Positions 53,659 to 61,571 are shown, counted from the stretch's first letter. The stretch: DNA of 64,000 nucleotides from Burkholderiales bacterium (GCA_038250105.1 JBBSCQ010000006.1:3771-67770), one strand, 5' to 3'. Notes: generated by a model not told the origin, from the letters alone. Program-made: numbers and translations.

Positions 53659-54714
53659 TCAGTAGTTTTTAACCGGCACTTTGGGTGGCATTTTGGGCGT
53701 ACCGAAATAGCCAGTCGACGGCGCCTTGAAACCAACAGCCTTTCCCTTGTCATCGAAAATAATCTGCGTCGACTGCTCTTTAGGTATTTTTCGATTAGCG
53801 GTTATCTCAAGTGTTGCCGACCGGGGCGCCGGTACTTGACGATCAACCTCACTCCGCACAATACGTACCCGCTCCGACGCAATGCGCTTATCGACCGCCT
53901 CAGTTGAGACGCCACGCTCAACGAGTTTTTCACGCATTTCGAGCAGGTTTTCCAGTTCCTTGGACATTCGTACCGAACGCCGTGGCTCACCCCATTTTTC
54001 CTTGGGCTGACTGGCGGCAATGTTGAACTCCTCCGGATTCGTCACCATCCGGGCAATATTCAGATGATTGAAACGCATCGCCCACTCCAGCGCGCCATCT
54101 CCCCAATCATTTTTTGGGCTGCGGTCGGCGCCCTTTTCGAGCAGTTTGCGCGCCAGACCCTCCCGCCCTTCATAAATCGCCATCATCAATACCGTCGAGC
54201 CGTTGGTGCTCTGCGCCTCGATATCGGCCCCCTGATCGATCAGATAATCTGCCGCCTCGGCATGCCCGGCAAACACCGCGTAATGCAGCGCCGACCACTG
54301 GCGATTCGGTGCATTAATACGTGCCCCCCGATCGAGCAGCCATTTGACTGCCGACAGATTGCCGCGCCAGGCAGCCAGTGCAATCGCCGTTTCGCCGTTG
54401 CCATTCATCCGGTTGATATCTGCCCCGCGCGAAATAAACAGCCGCATCAGTTCGAGATTACCTTCCCAAGCCCCGATCATCAGTCCGGAACCAATCCGGC
54501 TGCCCATGAAATCGGGTGGCAAGCCGGCATCCAGCCAGGCTTCAGCCTGCCCGAGATCACCGACCTCCATACTGACCGCGAAAGCCGTCGGTGTCGGGAA
54601 AGCCAGCTTGTCGGCCGACCACGCCAGCGGCAAAATCAGCCCCATCCCGATTATCATTGCCGCCAGTTGCATTCGCGCCGACGGCTTTATTGTTCGCTTC
54701 ATCAACCGGTTCAT
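53659..54714 (-). CDS. secreted ankyrin-repeat protein with C-terminal extension
   Basis: Signal-like N-terminus MNRLMKRTIKPSARMQLAAMIIGMGLILPLAWSA. At least 5 ankyrin repeats (GETAIALAAWRGNLSAVKWLLDRGARINA, WSALHYAVFAGHAEAADYLIDQGADIEA, GSTVLMMAIYEGREGLARKLLEKGADRS...). The start could be 54726, 54714 or 54702. Confidence 0.8.
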   Translation of the reverse strand: MNRLMKRTIKPSARMQLAAMIIGMGLILPLAWSADKLAFPTPTAFAVSMEVGDLGQAEAWLDAGLPPDFMGSRIGSGLMIGAWEGNLELMRLFISRGADINRMNGNGETAIALAAWRGNLSAVKWLLDRGARINAPNRQWSALHYAVFAGHAEAADYLIDQGADIEAQSTNGSTVLMMAIYEGREGLARKLLEKGADRSPKNDWGDGALEWAMRFNHLNIARMVTNPEEFNIAASQPKEKWGEPRRSVRMSKELENLLEMREKLVERGVSTEAVDKRIASERVRIVRSEVDRQVPAPRSATLEITANRKIPKEQSTQIIFDDKGKAVGFKAPSTGYFGTPKMPPKVPVKNY

Positions 54715-54751
54715 TAATATTTCCATCTCACAGGCCAGCCCGCATTTTCTC

Positions 54752-55279
54752 ATGACCCGGACCAATTGCCGGCTAACACTGGCCCTTGCACTCTCGCTGC
54801 TGTTGCACCTCGCACCATTCCTTGAAATGCTGCTGCAACCACCGCCCAAGCCGGCACCGCCCCCGCCGCTGCAGGCCAAACTCCGCCCCCCGCCCAAATT
54901 GCCAGCACAAATCCCCCTTGTCTTGGCAAAGCCTATGCCGGCAGCAGCGCCCACCAAAGCCCCCCCCCCGGCCCAAAAAGTTCTGACCGCGCCGACTGGC
55001 CGCAGAAACTGGCAAGATGAAATTCGCCGGCAATTCCGCCAGCAAGACGAGCGCCAAGAGTTTTATCCCATCGAAGCGATCGCTCAGGGGATCGAAGGCG
55101 AGGCACTGATTCTGCTGATCCTAGACCCAAGCGGCCAGGTCGTTGCCGCCCGAATCGAACAAAGCAGTGGCCAGCGCATTCTGGACGATGCAGCCCTGCG
55201 AGCCGTCCGCGCCCTGCGCTCACTACCCACTGACGCCCCGCGAGAAACCTTGCTACCTGTGCGTTTCAGGCTACGCTAA
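54752..55279 (+). CDS. TonB C-terminal-domain protein (short TonB-like)
   Basis: N-terminal TM (LTLALALSLLLHLAPFL), proline-rich spacer PPPKPAPPPPLQAKLRPPPKLP, and a TonB_C-like end YPIEAIAQGIEGEALILLILDPSGQVVAARIEQSSG...LDDAALRAV. The track's 136-aa upstream extension is rejected. Confidence 0.75.
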   Translation: MTRTNCRLTLALALSLLLHLAPFLEMLLQPPPKPAPPPPLQAKLRPPPKLPAQIPLVLAKPMPAAAPTKAPPPAQKVLTAPTGRRNWQDEIRRQFRQQDERQEFYPIEAIAQGIEGEALILLILDPSGQVVAARIEQSSGQRILDDAALRAVRALRSLPTDAPRETLLPVRFRLR

Positions 55280-55303
55280 GGCACCAGAAACGCGAACGAT
55301 TTC

Positions 55304-55324
55304 CAATCCCCAATCCCCAATCCC
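55304..55324 (+). repeat. three tandem heptamers CAATCCC upstream of the chemoreceptor gene
   Basis: CAATCCC CAATCCC CAATCCC, ending 9 nt before a TATAAT hexamer (55334-55339). Confidence 0.8.
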
Positions 55325-55414
55325 CGGATGCCCTATAATCAAAGCCGTTAACTGACTAACGAACAACTAACAACTGACGCCAACAATAACATCACGCCAC
55401 TCGGGGAATCCATC

Positions 55415-57043
55415 ATGAACAACTTGAGTTCGTTACGTGTATCAACACGCATGCAACTACTGGTCGGCTTAACATTGGCAGGCCTGTTAATTCTTTGCTT
55501 CACCGCCTTGCTACAGCTCAAGTCCAGCATGCTGGATGACCGGAAACAGAAAACGCAAAATGTGGTTGAAGTCGGTGTGGGCATCCTTTCCCACTATCAG
55601 AAACTTGCGGCAGATGGCAAGCTCTCTGAAGAAGAAGCTAAAAATGCCGCCCGGGAAAGCTTGCGTCAACTGCGCTACGGCAGCAACGATTACTTCTTTG
55701 TGGTCGACACCACTCACAAATACATCCTCCTCCCCACCAAGCCTGAGTTTGAAGGCTTGGACAAGGCCGACATGAAGGATGCCAACGGCAAATTTCTGAT
55801 TCAGGAGCTGGTCAAGGCAGCCAAAGCCGGTGGCGGCTTTGTCGATTACTGGTTCCCCAGGGCTGGCCAGCCAATAGCCGAGCCGAAATTATCCTACGCC
55901 ACACTATTCGCCCCCTGGAACTGGGTCATCGGCACCGGTATCTACATTGACGATATTGATCGCCATTACAAAGATGCCGCCCTGCTGCTCGGTGGCATTT
56001 CTCTTGGCCTGCTATTGCTACTCAGTCTAGTCGGCTGGCAGATCGGCAGCAGCGTGGTACAGCAACTGGGCGGCGAACCCGGCGATGCCGCTGAAATCAT
56101 GCGCAGCGTCGCCGCTGGCGACCTCACCGCCAACCTTGAAAACACCCGCCCAGGCAGCTTATTGAATGCATTGGGAGGCATGGTTGCATCATTGCGTCAG
56201 TTGGTCAGTGAAATCAACCAGGATGCTAATAGCCTGGTGGGCAATGCCGCCCAGATCGCCCGGGCTTCCGATGAGGTGGCGCGCGCCGCGGAGCATCAAG
56301 CTGATTCAACCTCGGCGATGGCCGCAGCCATCGAGGAACTGACAGTCAGTTCCAACCACATTTCCGACAGCGCCCGCGAAACCGCCCGCGAAACCCAGGA
56401 GGCTGTCGAGCTTTCCGGCCAGGGTGCGGATCGAGTCCATCTGGCATCGCAAGCCATTCAAAAAATCTCAGACACGGTGACTGACGCCTCGGGCCGCATT
56501 CGCGCCCTGGAAGAACGCGCCAAGCAGATTTCATCAATCGCCAACGTGATCAAGGATATTGCCGGCCAGACCAACCTGCTGGCCCTAAATGCCGCCATTG
56601 AAGCAGCTCGCGCCGGCGAACAGGGGCGTGGCTTTGCGGTTGTTGCCGACGAGGTGCGCAAACTAGCCGAACGCACCGCCTCGGCGACGACCGAAATTGA
56701 GCAGATGATTACCGGCATCCAGGGTGAAACCATTGGCGCTGTCGAAGCGATGGATGCTGCGTTGCCCGAGGTTCAGGAAGGCGTACAACTGGCGACCTCC
56801 GCCTCCAATTCACTACGGGCGATTCAGGATGGGGCACGTCGCACGTTAACGCGGGTTGGCGAGGTGGCCGATGCGACGCAAGAGCAAAGTAGCGCCAGCA
56901 CCTCAATTGCCCAGCGCGTTGAGCAAATTGCCAATATGGTGGAAGAAACGACTACGACCATTCGCGGCACGGCTGAAACGGCGCATCAGCTGGAAAAAAT
57001 TGCCAACAGCCTGAAGCAGCAGATAGGCAAGTTCCGGGTTTAA
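55415..57043 (+). CDS. methyl-accepting chemotaxis protein with single-Cache (sCache_2-like) sensor
   Basis: TM1; a periplasmic region with YFFVVD...[14 protein letters not shown] (Cache-type); TM2; HAMP; and the highly conserved signalling hairpin [40 protein letters not shown]. Confidence 0.93.
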   Translation: MNNLSSLRVSTRMQLLVGLTLAGLLILCFTALLQLKSSMLDDRKQKTQNVVEVGVGILSHYQKLAADGKLSEEEAKNAARESLRQLRYGSNDYFFVVDTTHKYILLPTKPEFEGLDKADMKDANGKFLIQELVKAAKAGGGFVDYWFPRAGQPIAEPKLSYATLFAPWNWVIGTGIYIDDIDRHYKDAALLLGGISLGLLLLLSLVGWQIGSSVVQQLGGEPGDAAEIMRSVAAGDLTANLENTRPGSLLNALGGMVASLRQLVSEINQDANSLVGNAAQIARASDEVARAAEHQADSTSAMAAAIEELTVSSNHISDSARETARETQEAVELSGQGADRVHLASQAIQKISDTVTDASGRIRALEERAKQISSIANVIKDIAGQTNLLALNAAIEAARAGEQGRGFAVVADEVRKLAERTASATTEIEQMITGIQGETIGAVEAMDAALPEVQEGVQLATSASNSLRAIQDGARRTLTRVGEVADATQEQSSASTSIAQRVEQIANMVEETTTTIRGTAETAHQLEKIANSLKQQIGKFRV

Positions 57044-57059
57044 CGAGAGGCCGGCGGGG

Positions 57060-58271
57060 CTAAATCGCTCCGCTAGCTCTCAATTCGGCAATGTTCGCCA
57101 TGGAATAACCCAGTTCCGCCAGCACCTCATTAGTATGGGCGCCGAGTTCCGGCCCAACCCACTCGGTGCTACCCGGGGTTGCGGAAAGTTTGGGCACGAT
57201 GCCGGGCATACGGAATTCTTTGCCATCCGGCAACCGAGCCGATTCGATCATCTGCCGGGCAATGAATTGTGGATCAGAAAACATGTCGACCGCAGCATAA
57301 ACGCGCGAGGACGGCACTTCGGCCTCGGCCAGAATCGCCAACACCTCGGCTTCATCAAGCGTCGCACACCAAGCGTCGATCAAGGCATACACCTCATCAC
57401 GCCGCGCATCGCGCCCGGCGTTATCGGCCAGCCCCGGATCTTCGGCCAGATCGGCGCGCTTCATCGCCAGCATCAGGCGTTTGAAAATTGCATCGCCATT
57501 CGCCCCGATCGTCACATGCTTGCCGTCCTTCGTCGTATGCGTGTTCGACGGCGTAATGCCGGGCATGATGTTGCCGGTGCGCTCACGAATAAAACCGAAA
57601 ACGTCGAACTCTGGAACCATTGATTCCATCATCGCAAAAATGCCTTCATAGAGCGCGACATCCACCACCTGCCCGGCGCCGCCATTCACCTCTTTATGGC
57701 GCAAGGCCATCAACGCGCCAATCGCCCCCCACAAGGCGGCAATCGAATCACCAATCGAAATCCCGGTGCGTACCGGCGGGCGGTCGGGAAAGCCAGTGAT
57801 GTAGCGCAGGCCGCCCATCGATTCACCCACCGCGCCGAATCCCGGCTGATCTTTATAAGGCCCGGTCTGGCCGAAGCCGGAAAGCCGCACCATGACCAAA
57901 CCGGGGTTATCTGCCTTGAGTGCCTCCCAACCCAGGCCGAGCTTTTCCAGCACACCGGGGCGAAAATTTTCCACCAGAATATCGGCTTCGGCGATCAGTT
58001 TGCGCACGAACTCGCGGCCATCGGGATGTTTAAGATTGGCCGTCACCGACTTTTTATTGCGCGCCTGGACGTACCACCACAGCGAGGTGCCTTCGTAAAG
58101 TTTGCGCCATTGGCGCAAAGGATCGCCCCCATCGGGCGATTCCACCTTGATCACCTCGGCACCAAACTCGGCCATGATGCGTGTGCAAAACGGCCCGGCA
58201 ATCAGCGTTCCCAGTTCAACCACCTTCAAGCCAGCCAGCGGTTTGGGTGCGCATTTGGGTATTTGGCTCAT
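57060..58271 (-). CDS. CaiB/BaiF family (class III) CoA-transferase
   Basis: LAGLKVVELGTLIAGPFCTRIMAEFGAEVIKVE and VLVENFRPGVLEKLGLG motifs; 403 aa. Substrate not inferable. Confidence 0.9.
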   Translation of the reverse strand: MSQIPKCAPKPLAGLKVVELGTLIAGPFCTRIMAEFGAEVIKVESPDGGDPLRQWRKLYEGTSLWWYVQARNKKSVTANLKHPDGREFVRKLIAEADILVENFRPGVLEKLGLGWEALKADNPGLVMVRLSGFGQTGPYKDQPGFGAVGESMGGLRYITGFPDRPPVRTGISIGDSIAALWGAIGALMALRHKEVNGGAGQVVDVALYEGIFAMMESMVPEFDVFGFIRERTGNIMPGITPSNTHTTKDGKHVTIGANGDAIFKRLMLAMKRADLAEDPGLADNAGRDARRDEVYALIDAWCATLDEAEVLAILAEAEVPSSRVYAAVDMFSDPQFIARQMIESARLPDGKEFRMPGIVPKLSATPGSTEWVGPELGAHTNEVLAELGYSMANIAELRASGAI

Positions 58272-58272
58272 C

Positions 58273-59058
58273 TCAAGGTTCCCAATGTTCGATTGCTAAT
58301 TTTTGCCCAAAAAGACGGTCGACCGTAGCAATCACCTTTTGCGGCGCGCCACTGGTCGCCACCGTCAAGCGCCCCTGCCCGCCGCCCAACAAACCGGCCG
58401 CGGCGAGCAATCGATCCAACTGCCGCGCCACCGGCTCACCGGTATCGAGCAGATGAACACCCGCCGGCATGCGTTGGGCAATGGCCTTAGCCACCCAGGG
58501 AAAGTGCGTGCAACCGAGCACCACCACATCGGCCCCCGCCGCCGCCAGGGGTGCGACAAAAACATCAAGCAAAGCCGCCACGTCGGGGCTATCCGGCCCC
58601 TGCATTTCAATCGCCTCCGCCAGCCCCGGGCAGGCTTGGGCCACCAGCTTCAGATGATTGGCGTGATTACCGACCAGGCGTTGAAAACGCTCGCTCTCCA
58701 AAGTCCGGGTCGTCGCCAGCACACCAATGACGCCGGTTTTGCTCAAGGCGGCCGCCGGTTTCACCCCCGGCTCCAGCGCCACAATCGGTAAGGCAGTCAC
58801 CGCACGAATCGCCTCCGCCGCCGCCGCCGTTGCTGTATTGCAGGCGATCACCAGCGCCTTGGCCCCGCGTTTGGCCAAGGCCTGGGCGATCAGGACACCA
58901 CGCTCCTTGAGGAAAATTTCCGGACGATCACCGTAGGGCAAGAAACGGGTATCAGCAAAATAGAAAAAGTCCTCCTGCGGCAGCCGATCGCGCAACGCGC
59001 GCAACACCGTCAGGCCACCAAGGCCGGAATCAAAAACAGCGATTGCAGCGGCTTTCAA
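58273..59058 (-). CDS. murI: glutamate racemase
   Basis: IAVFDSGLGGLTVL, VIACNTATA, and LGCTHFPW with the two catalytic cysteines; 261 aa. Its 3' 53 nt are repeated at 61435-61487. Confidence 0.95.
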   Translation of the reverse strand: MKAAAIAVFDSGLGGLTVLRALRDRLPQEDFFYFADTRFLPYGDRPEIFLKERGVLIAQALAKRGAKALVIACNTATAAAAEAIRAVTALPIVALEPGVKPAAALSKTGVIGVLATTRTLESERFQRLVGNHANHLKLVAQACPGLAEAIEMQGPDSPDVAALLDVFVAPLAAAGADVVVLGCTHFPWVAKAIAQRMPAGVHLLDTGEPVARQLDRLLAAAGLLGGGQGRLTVATSGAPQKVIATVDRLFGQKLAIEHWEP

Positions 59059-59098
59059 AAGCAGCGCCGAGCAGCACGCTCAGATGGTGCGACAAAAC

Positions 59099-59392
59099 TC
59101 AAGAGGAAGACCGTTCGGCCGGATCTCCATTGACCGTCGCCGGCGGCTTCGGCGGCAGAATGGTGTGACGCAGGTTGAACAAATAGCTGGCGGTAGCGAG
59201 CAGACCGGCGATAAAACCCAAAATATTCTTTAGCTCGGCATCCATCATGGAATCAGGCACGAACAATATCCACCAGGCTGCGACCATGGCACCAATCAGG
59301 AACCCTCGAATCAACACCCAGCGACGTACTTTTCTCTGGCGCAGCAGAAGCTCTTCTCGACTAATAGATACTGGAACTGGTTCTGAACTCAT
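59099..59392 (-). CDS. hypothetical small membrane protein (2 TM)
   Basis: Shortened to MSSEPVPV... (97 aa) with TM segments WVLIRGFLIGAMVAAWWILFV and ILGFIAGLLATASYLF. No family recognised. Confidence 0.45.
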   Translation of the reverse strand: MSSEPVPVSISREELLLRQRKVRRWVLIRGFLIGAMVAAWWILFVPDSMMDAELKNILGFIAGLLATASYLFNLRHTILPPKPPATVNGDPAERSSS

Positions 59393-59575
59393 GACAAGGA
59401 TCACAAATGGAGTAAGGAGAGCGGCGATTCTACTTGAAATAAAGAAGCCCCCCCTTTGCGGCAAGCCCCTCTCAATTCCAGTTGATGAATTCGGCCAGGA
59501 GCTTTGAATGGGCATTCGGATTTGCCAGCCTAATTTATGCGCATCACTGGCGAGGTCAATGTACGCTTGCTTACA

Positions 59576-59594
59576 TACGGGATTCCCGTATAAT
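59576..59594 (+). promoter_or_regulatory. candidate promoter -10 (TATAAT) overlapped by the inverted repeat ATACGG-ATTC-CCGTAT (candidate antitoxin operator)
   Basis: TATAAT at 59589-59594 lies only 6 nt before the toxin GTG at 59601. The palindrome arms are 59576-59581 and 59586-59591. Confidence 0.45.
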
Positions 59595-59600
59595 TTCTTC

Positions 59601-59897
59601 GTGCGCACCGTCATCGAAACCCCGACATTTCAAAAGCAAGCCGAAAAGCTGTGGGGTGAAGCGGAGCGTCTGGAATTCATCAATTGGATTGCGGCAAACC
59701 CGCTCTCCGGTGACGTGATTCCCGGCGCAGAAGGGGCGCGTAAAGTGCGTTGGGGTCGTGCAGGCTCTGGCAAGCGTGGTGGCGTGCGTGTAGTTTACTT
59801 TAACCTGACCGAGCAAGGCGTTTTGGTGCTAATAATGATTTACGCCAAGGCGGCGCAAGCCAACGTTTCGCCCAGCAATATTGATAAGGCGGTGTGA
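59601..59897 (+). CDS. type II toxin, RelE/ParE superfamily (HigB2-like, COG4737-type)
   Basis: VRTVIETPTFQKQAEKLW...GARKVRWGRAGSGKRGGVRVVYFN...VLVLIMIYAKA matches my memory of HigB-2-type toxins, which begin right at IETP.F. The toxin lies upstream of the antitoxin, as in hig loci. Confidence 0.8.
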   Translation: MRTVIETPTFQKQAEKLWGEAERLEFINWIAANPLSGDVIPGAEGARKVRWGRAGSGKRGGVRVVYFNLTEQGVLVLIMIYAKAAQANVSPSNIDKAV

Positions 59898-59898
59898 C

Positions 59899-60201
59899 AT
59901 GGATATTGAAAAAATTGCCTTAGCGATTGAGGCAGATGCTGGCATGGGATTGCCTGACGTTCGACAGGCACTGAAAGAGGCGTCCGAAGGAGTCGGTCGC
60001 GTGTCGCAGGTTAAACTCTCGGCAGCAACCGAAGCACGGCAAAAGGTTGGCATGTCACAAACGCAGTTCGCCAAGCTGATGGGCGTGTCGGTTCGTACTT
60101 TGCAAGACTGGGAACAAGGCCGACACAAGCCATCTGGCGCGGCCAGAACCTTGCTGCGCATCGCGTCAATGAATCCGGACGCGGTGCTGGCTGCGGCCTA
60201 A
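59899..60201 (+). CDS. type II antitoxin, XRE-family HTH (HigA2/NadS-like, COG2944-type)
   Basis: MSQTQFAKLMGVSVRTLQDWEQGRHKPSGAARTLLRIA HTH. The ATG lies 1 nt after the toxin stop. Confidence 0.8.
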   Translation: MDIEKIALAIEADAGMGLPDVRQALKEASEGVGRVSQVKLSAATEARQKVGMSQTQFAKLMGVSVRTLQDWEQGRHKPSGAARTLLRIASMNPDAVLAAA

Positions 60202-60443
60202 TGTCTTAGCTTCACCGACAAATATAATAAGTTTAGCGATTAGCAGATGGTGAGGATTGGACGAAAATCGCAACGAACAGACTTGATCATTTCCAATCCC
60301 GAAACATTGAAGCTTCGGGTAACGGCTGGATGCACCCAGAGCAAGTGGCTGAACGTATTGGTTCTACTTTGTCAGATTCATTCCAAGCCATCGTTGTTTG
60401 CCATCTGCATACAAGGTGGATTTATTCCTGTCCGTGCGAACTA

Positions 60444-61307
60444 TTAAACGCTGAGGTTTACATTCCCGCCGGTAACGCTGATCGAAACCCCGCTCGCCAC
60501 ATCGCCAGCATTAAGCTCACCCTGCACGGTGTAAAGCTCAAATCCATCGCCCTGAGTCAAGGCGCGATTAATCTCGGTCAGGCTTTTATCGATATCCTGC
60601 AAGTCACGCTTGGTTTCTTTCCCGGCGTCGGCGAGTTTTGCCTTCAACATGCCCAGCACCTCTTTCAGGAGCTTTTTGGCATCGAGCAGCGCCGCACGCA
60701 AACTCTGATCGCCATCATCCGGCGCGGCGCTTTTACCGTTTGCTTGACTCTTGCTGGAGACACCCGGCAAAGCGGATTTTTCACCGTCGCTGGAATGAGC
60801 CTCACCCGATTTTTCGGCATAATCTTGGCTCACCACGCTCGGGTCTGCACCGTTTGCAGCAGCCGCCTCGGCAGCAAGTGCGTCCGGCGCAGCATCGGTC
60901 GAATTTGCTGGCTCTGATTCGCCAGCACTATTATTTGCCGCGACATTGGGCGCTACGTCATCGCCGCCACCGCTGCCACCTGAACCGAGATTTTTGGCGG
61001 TGCCGACAAGTTCCTTGGCAATACTCTTCAACTCACGGGCAAGGATTTTGGCCTGCTCCGGGCTGGCGTGTAACAGCATCGCCTTCAAAGCATCAAGGCG
61101 CTGTTTCAGCATCGCAACCTTATTCGTCGCCATTTGCTTCGCCATCGCTCTCGGGCTGGGCACCGCCTTCAGGGCCTCCTGCATGTCACTCAGTCGATTT
61201 GCCTGACGGCTCTCGGCCCGTTTAGCCAACTCGTTAGTCACCTCGGCATTCGTGGATGCCCGAAAACCTATCGAAACACGACTTCGCCTTGAAGCACTCA
61301 AGTCCAT
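60444..61307 (-). CDS. hypothetical protein, coiled-coil ends and Ser/Ala/Asp/Gly-rich low-complexity centre
   Basis: 287-aa ORF with coding-like composition. Helical N-terminus (KVAMLKQRLDALKAMLL), disordered middle (GSGGSGGGDD...AAEAAAANGADPS), helical C-terminus (LLDAKKLLKEVLGMLKAKLADAGKE). No family recognised. Confidence 0.5.
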   Translation of the reverse strand: MDLSASRRSRVSIGFRASTNAEVTNELAKRAESRQANRLSDMQEALKAVPSPRAMAKQMATNKVAMLKQRLDALKAMLLHASPEQAKILARELKSIAKELVGTAKNLGSGGSGGGDDVAPNVAANNSAGESEPANSTDAAPDALAAEAAAANGADPSVVSQDYAEKSGEAHSSDGEKSALPGVSSKSQANGKSAAPDDGDQSLRAALLDAKKLLKEVLGMLKAKLADAGKETKRDLQDIDKSLTEINRALTQGDGFELYTVQGELNAGDVASGVSISVTGGNVNLSV

Positions 61308-61434
61308 TTTGGACCTCGCTTTAAACCATTTGTACTATTAACGGCACGGCAAAGCAAAAGTTGATCGGCATGGGCGCGCTTACTGTAACAGCCGCAGCAA
61401 TCAGCGACAGGCCCGGTTTTTGGCTGTTTTTCAG

Positions 61435-61487
61435 GGTTGACCGTAGCAATCACCTTTTGCGGTGCGCCGCTGCTCGCCACCGTTAAG
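61435..61487 (-). pseudogene. 53-nt fragment duplicating the 3' end of murI (direct repeat of 58317-58369)
   Basis: 48 of 53 nt identical by hand alignment. It encodes LTVASSGAPQKVIATV versus murI LTVATSGAPQKVIATV. The flanks diverge on both sides. Confidence 0.8.
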
Positions 61488-61504
61488 GAACTACTGATTT
61501 ATTC

Positions 61505-61571
61505 GTCATCCCCGCGCAGGCGGGGATCCAGGAAAAACAAGGAGCTGGATCCCCGCCTGCGCGGGGATGAC
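61505..61571. repeat. perfect 27-bp inverted repeat (REP / dRS3-like palindromic element)
   Basis: GTCATCCCCGCGCAGGCGGGGATCCAG - 13 nt - CTGGATCCCCGCCTGCGCGGGGATGAC. Each arm also contains its own CCCCGC/GCGGGG mini-hairpin. Confidence 0.9.

Noticed and set aside
54715-54957. N-terminal extensions of the ankyrin ORF (to 54957) and of the TonB-like ORF (54344-54751) that would make the two divergent genes overlap by about 600 nt
   Set aside because: The extensions are Gly/Ala/Arg/Ser-rich and non-protein-like. Both proteins have convincing signal/TM N-termini at internal Met codons.
60247-60917. Plus-strand ORFs 60247-60447 and 60330-60917 in the islet
   Set aside because: Their products are Arg/His/Cys-rich and overlap the better-supported minus-strand 287-aa ORF. 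There is no SD or family resemblance.
61298-61480. 60-aa ORF containing the murI-like peptide SGAPQKVIATV
   Set aside because: Only 16 residues are MurI-like and the rest is unrelated Cys-rich read-through. I interpret it as a gene fragment rather than a functional small protein.
61505-61571. Possible CRISPR repeat (CCCCGCGC.GGCGGGGAT core resembles type I-E repeats)
   Set aside because: There are only two copies, in inverted rather than direct orientation, separated by 13 nt rather than about 32 nt. No cas genes or further repeats are in the window. I treat it as a REP/dRS3-like palindrome instead.
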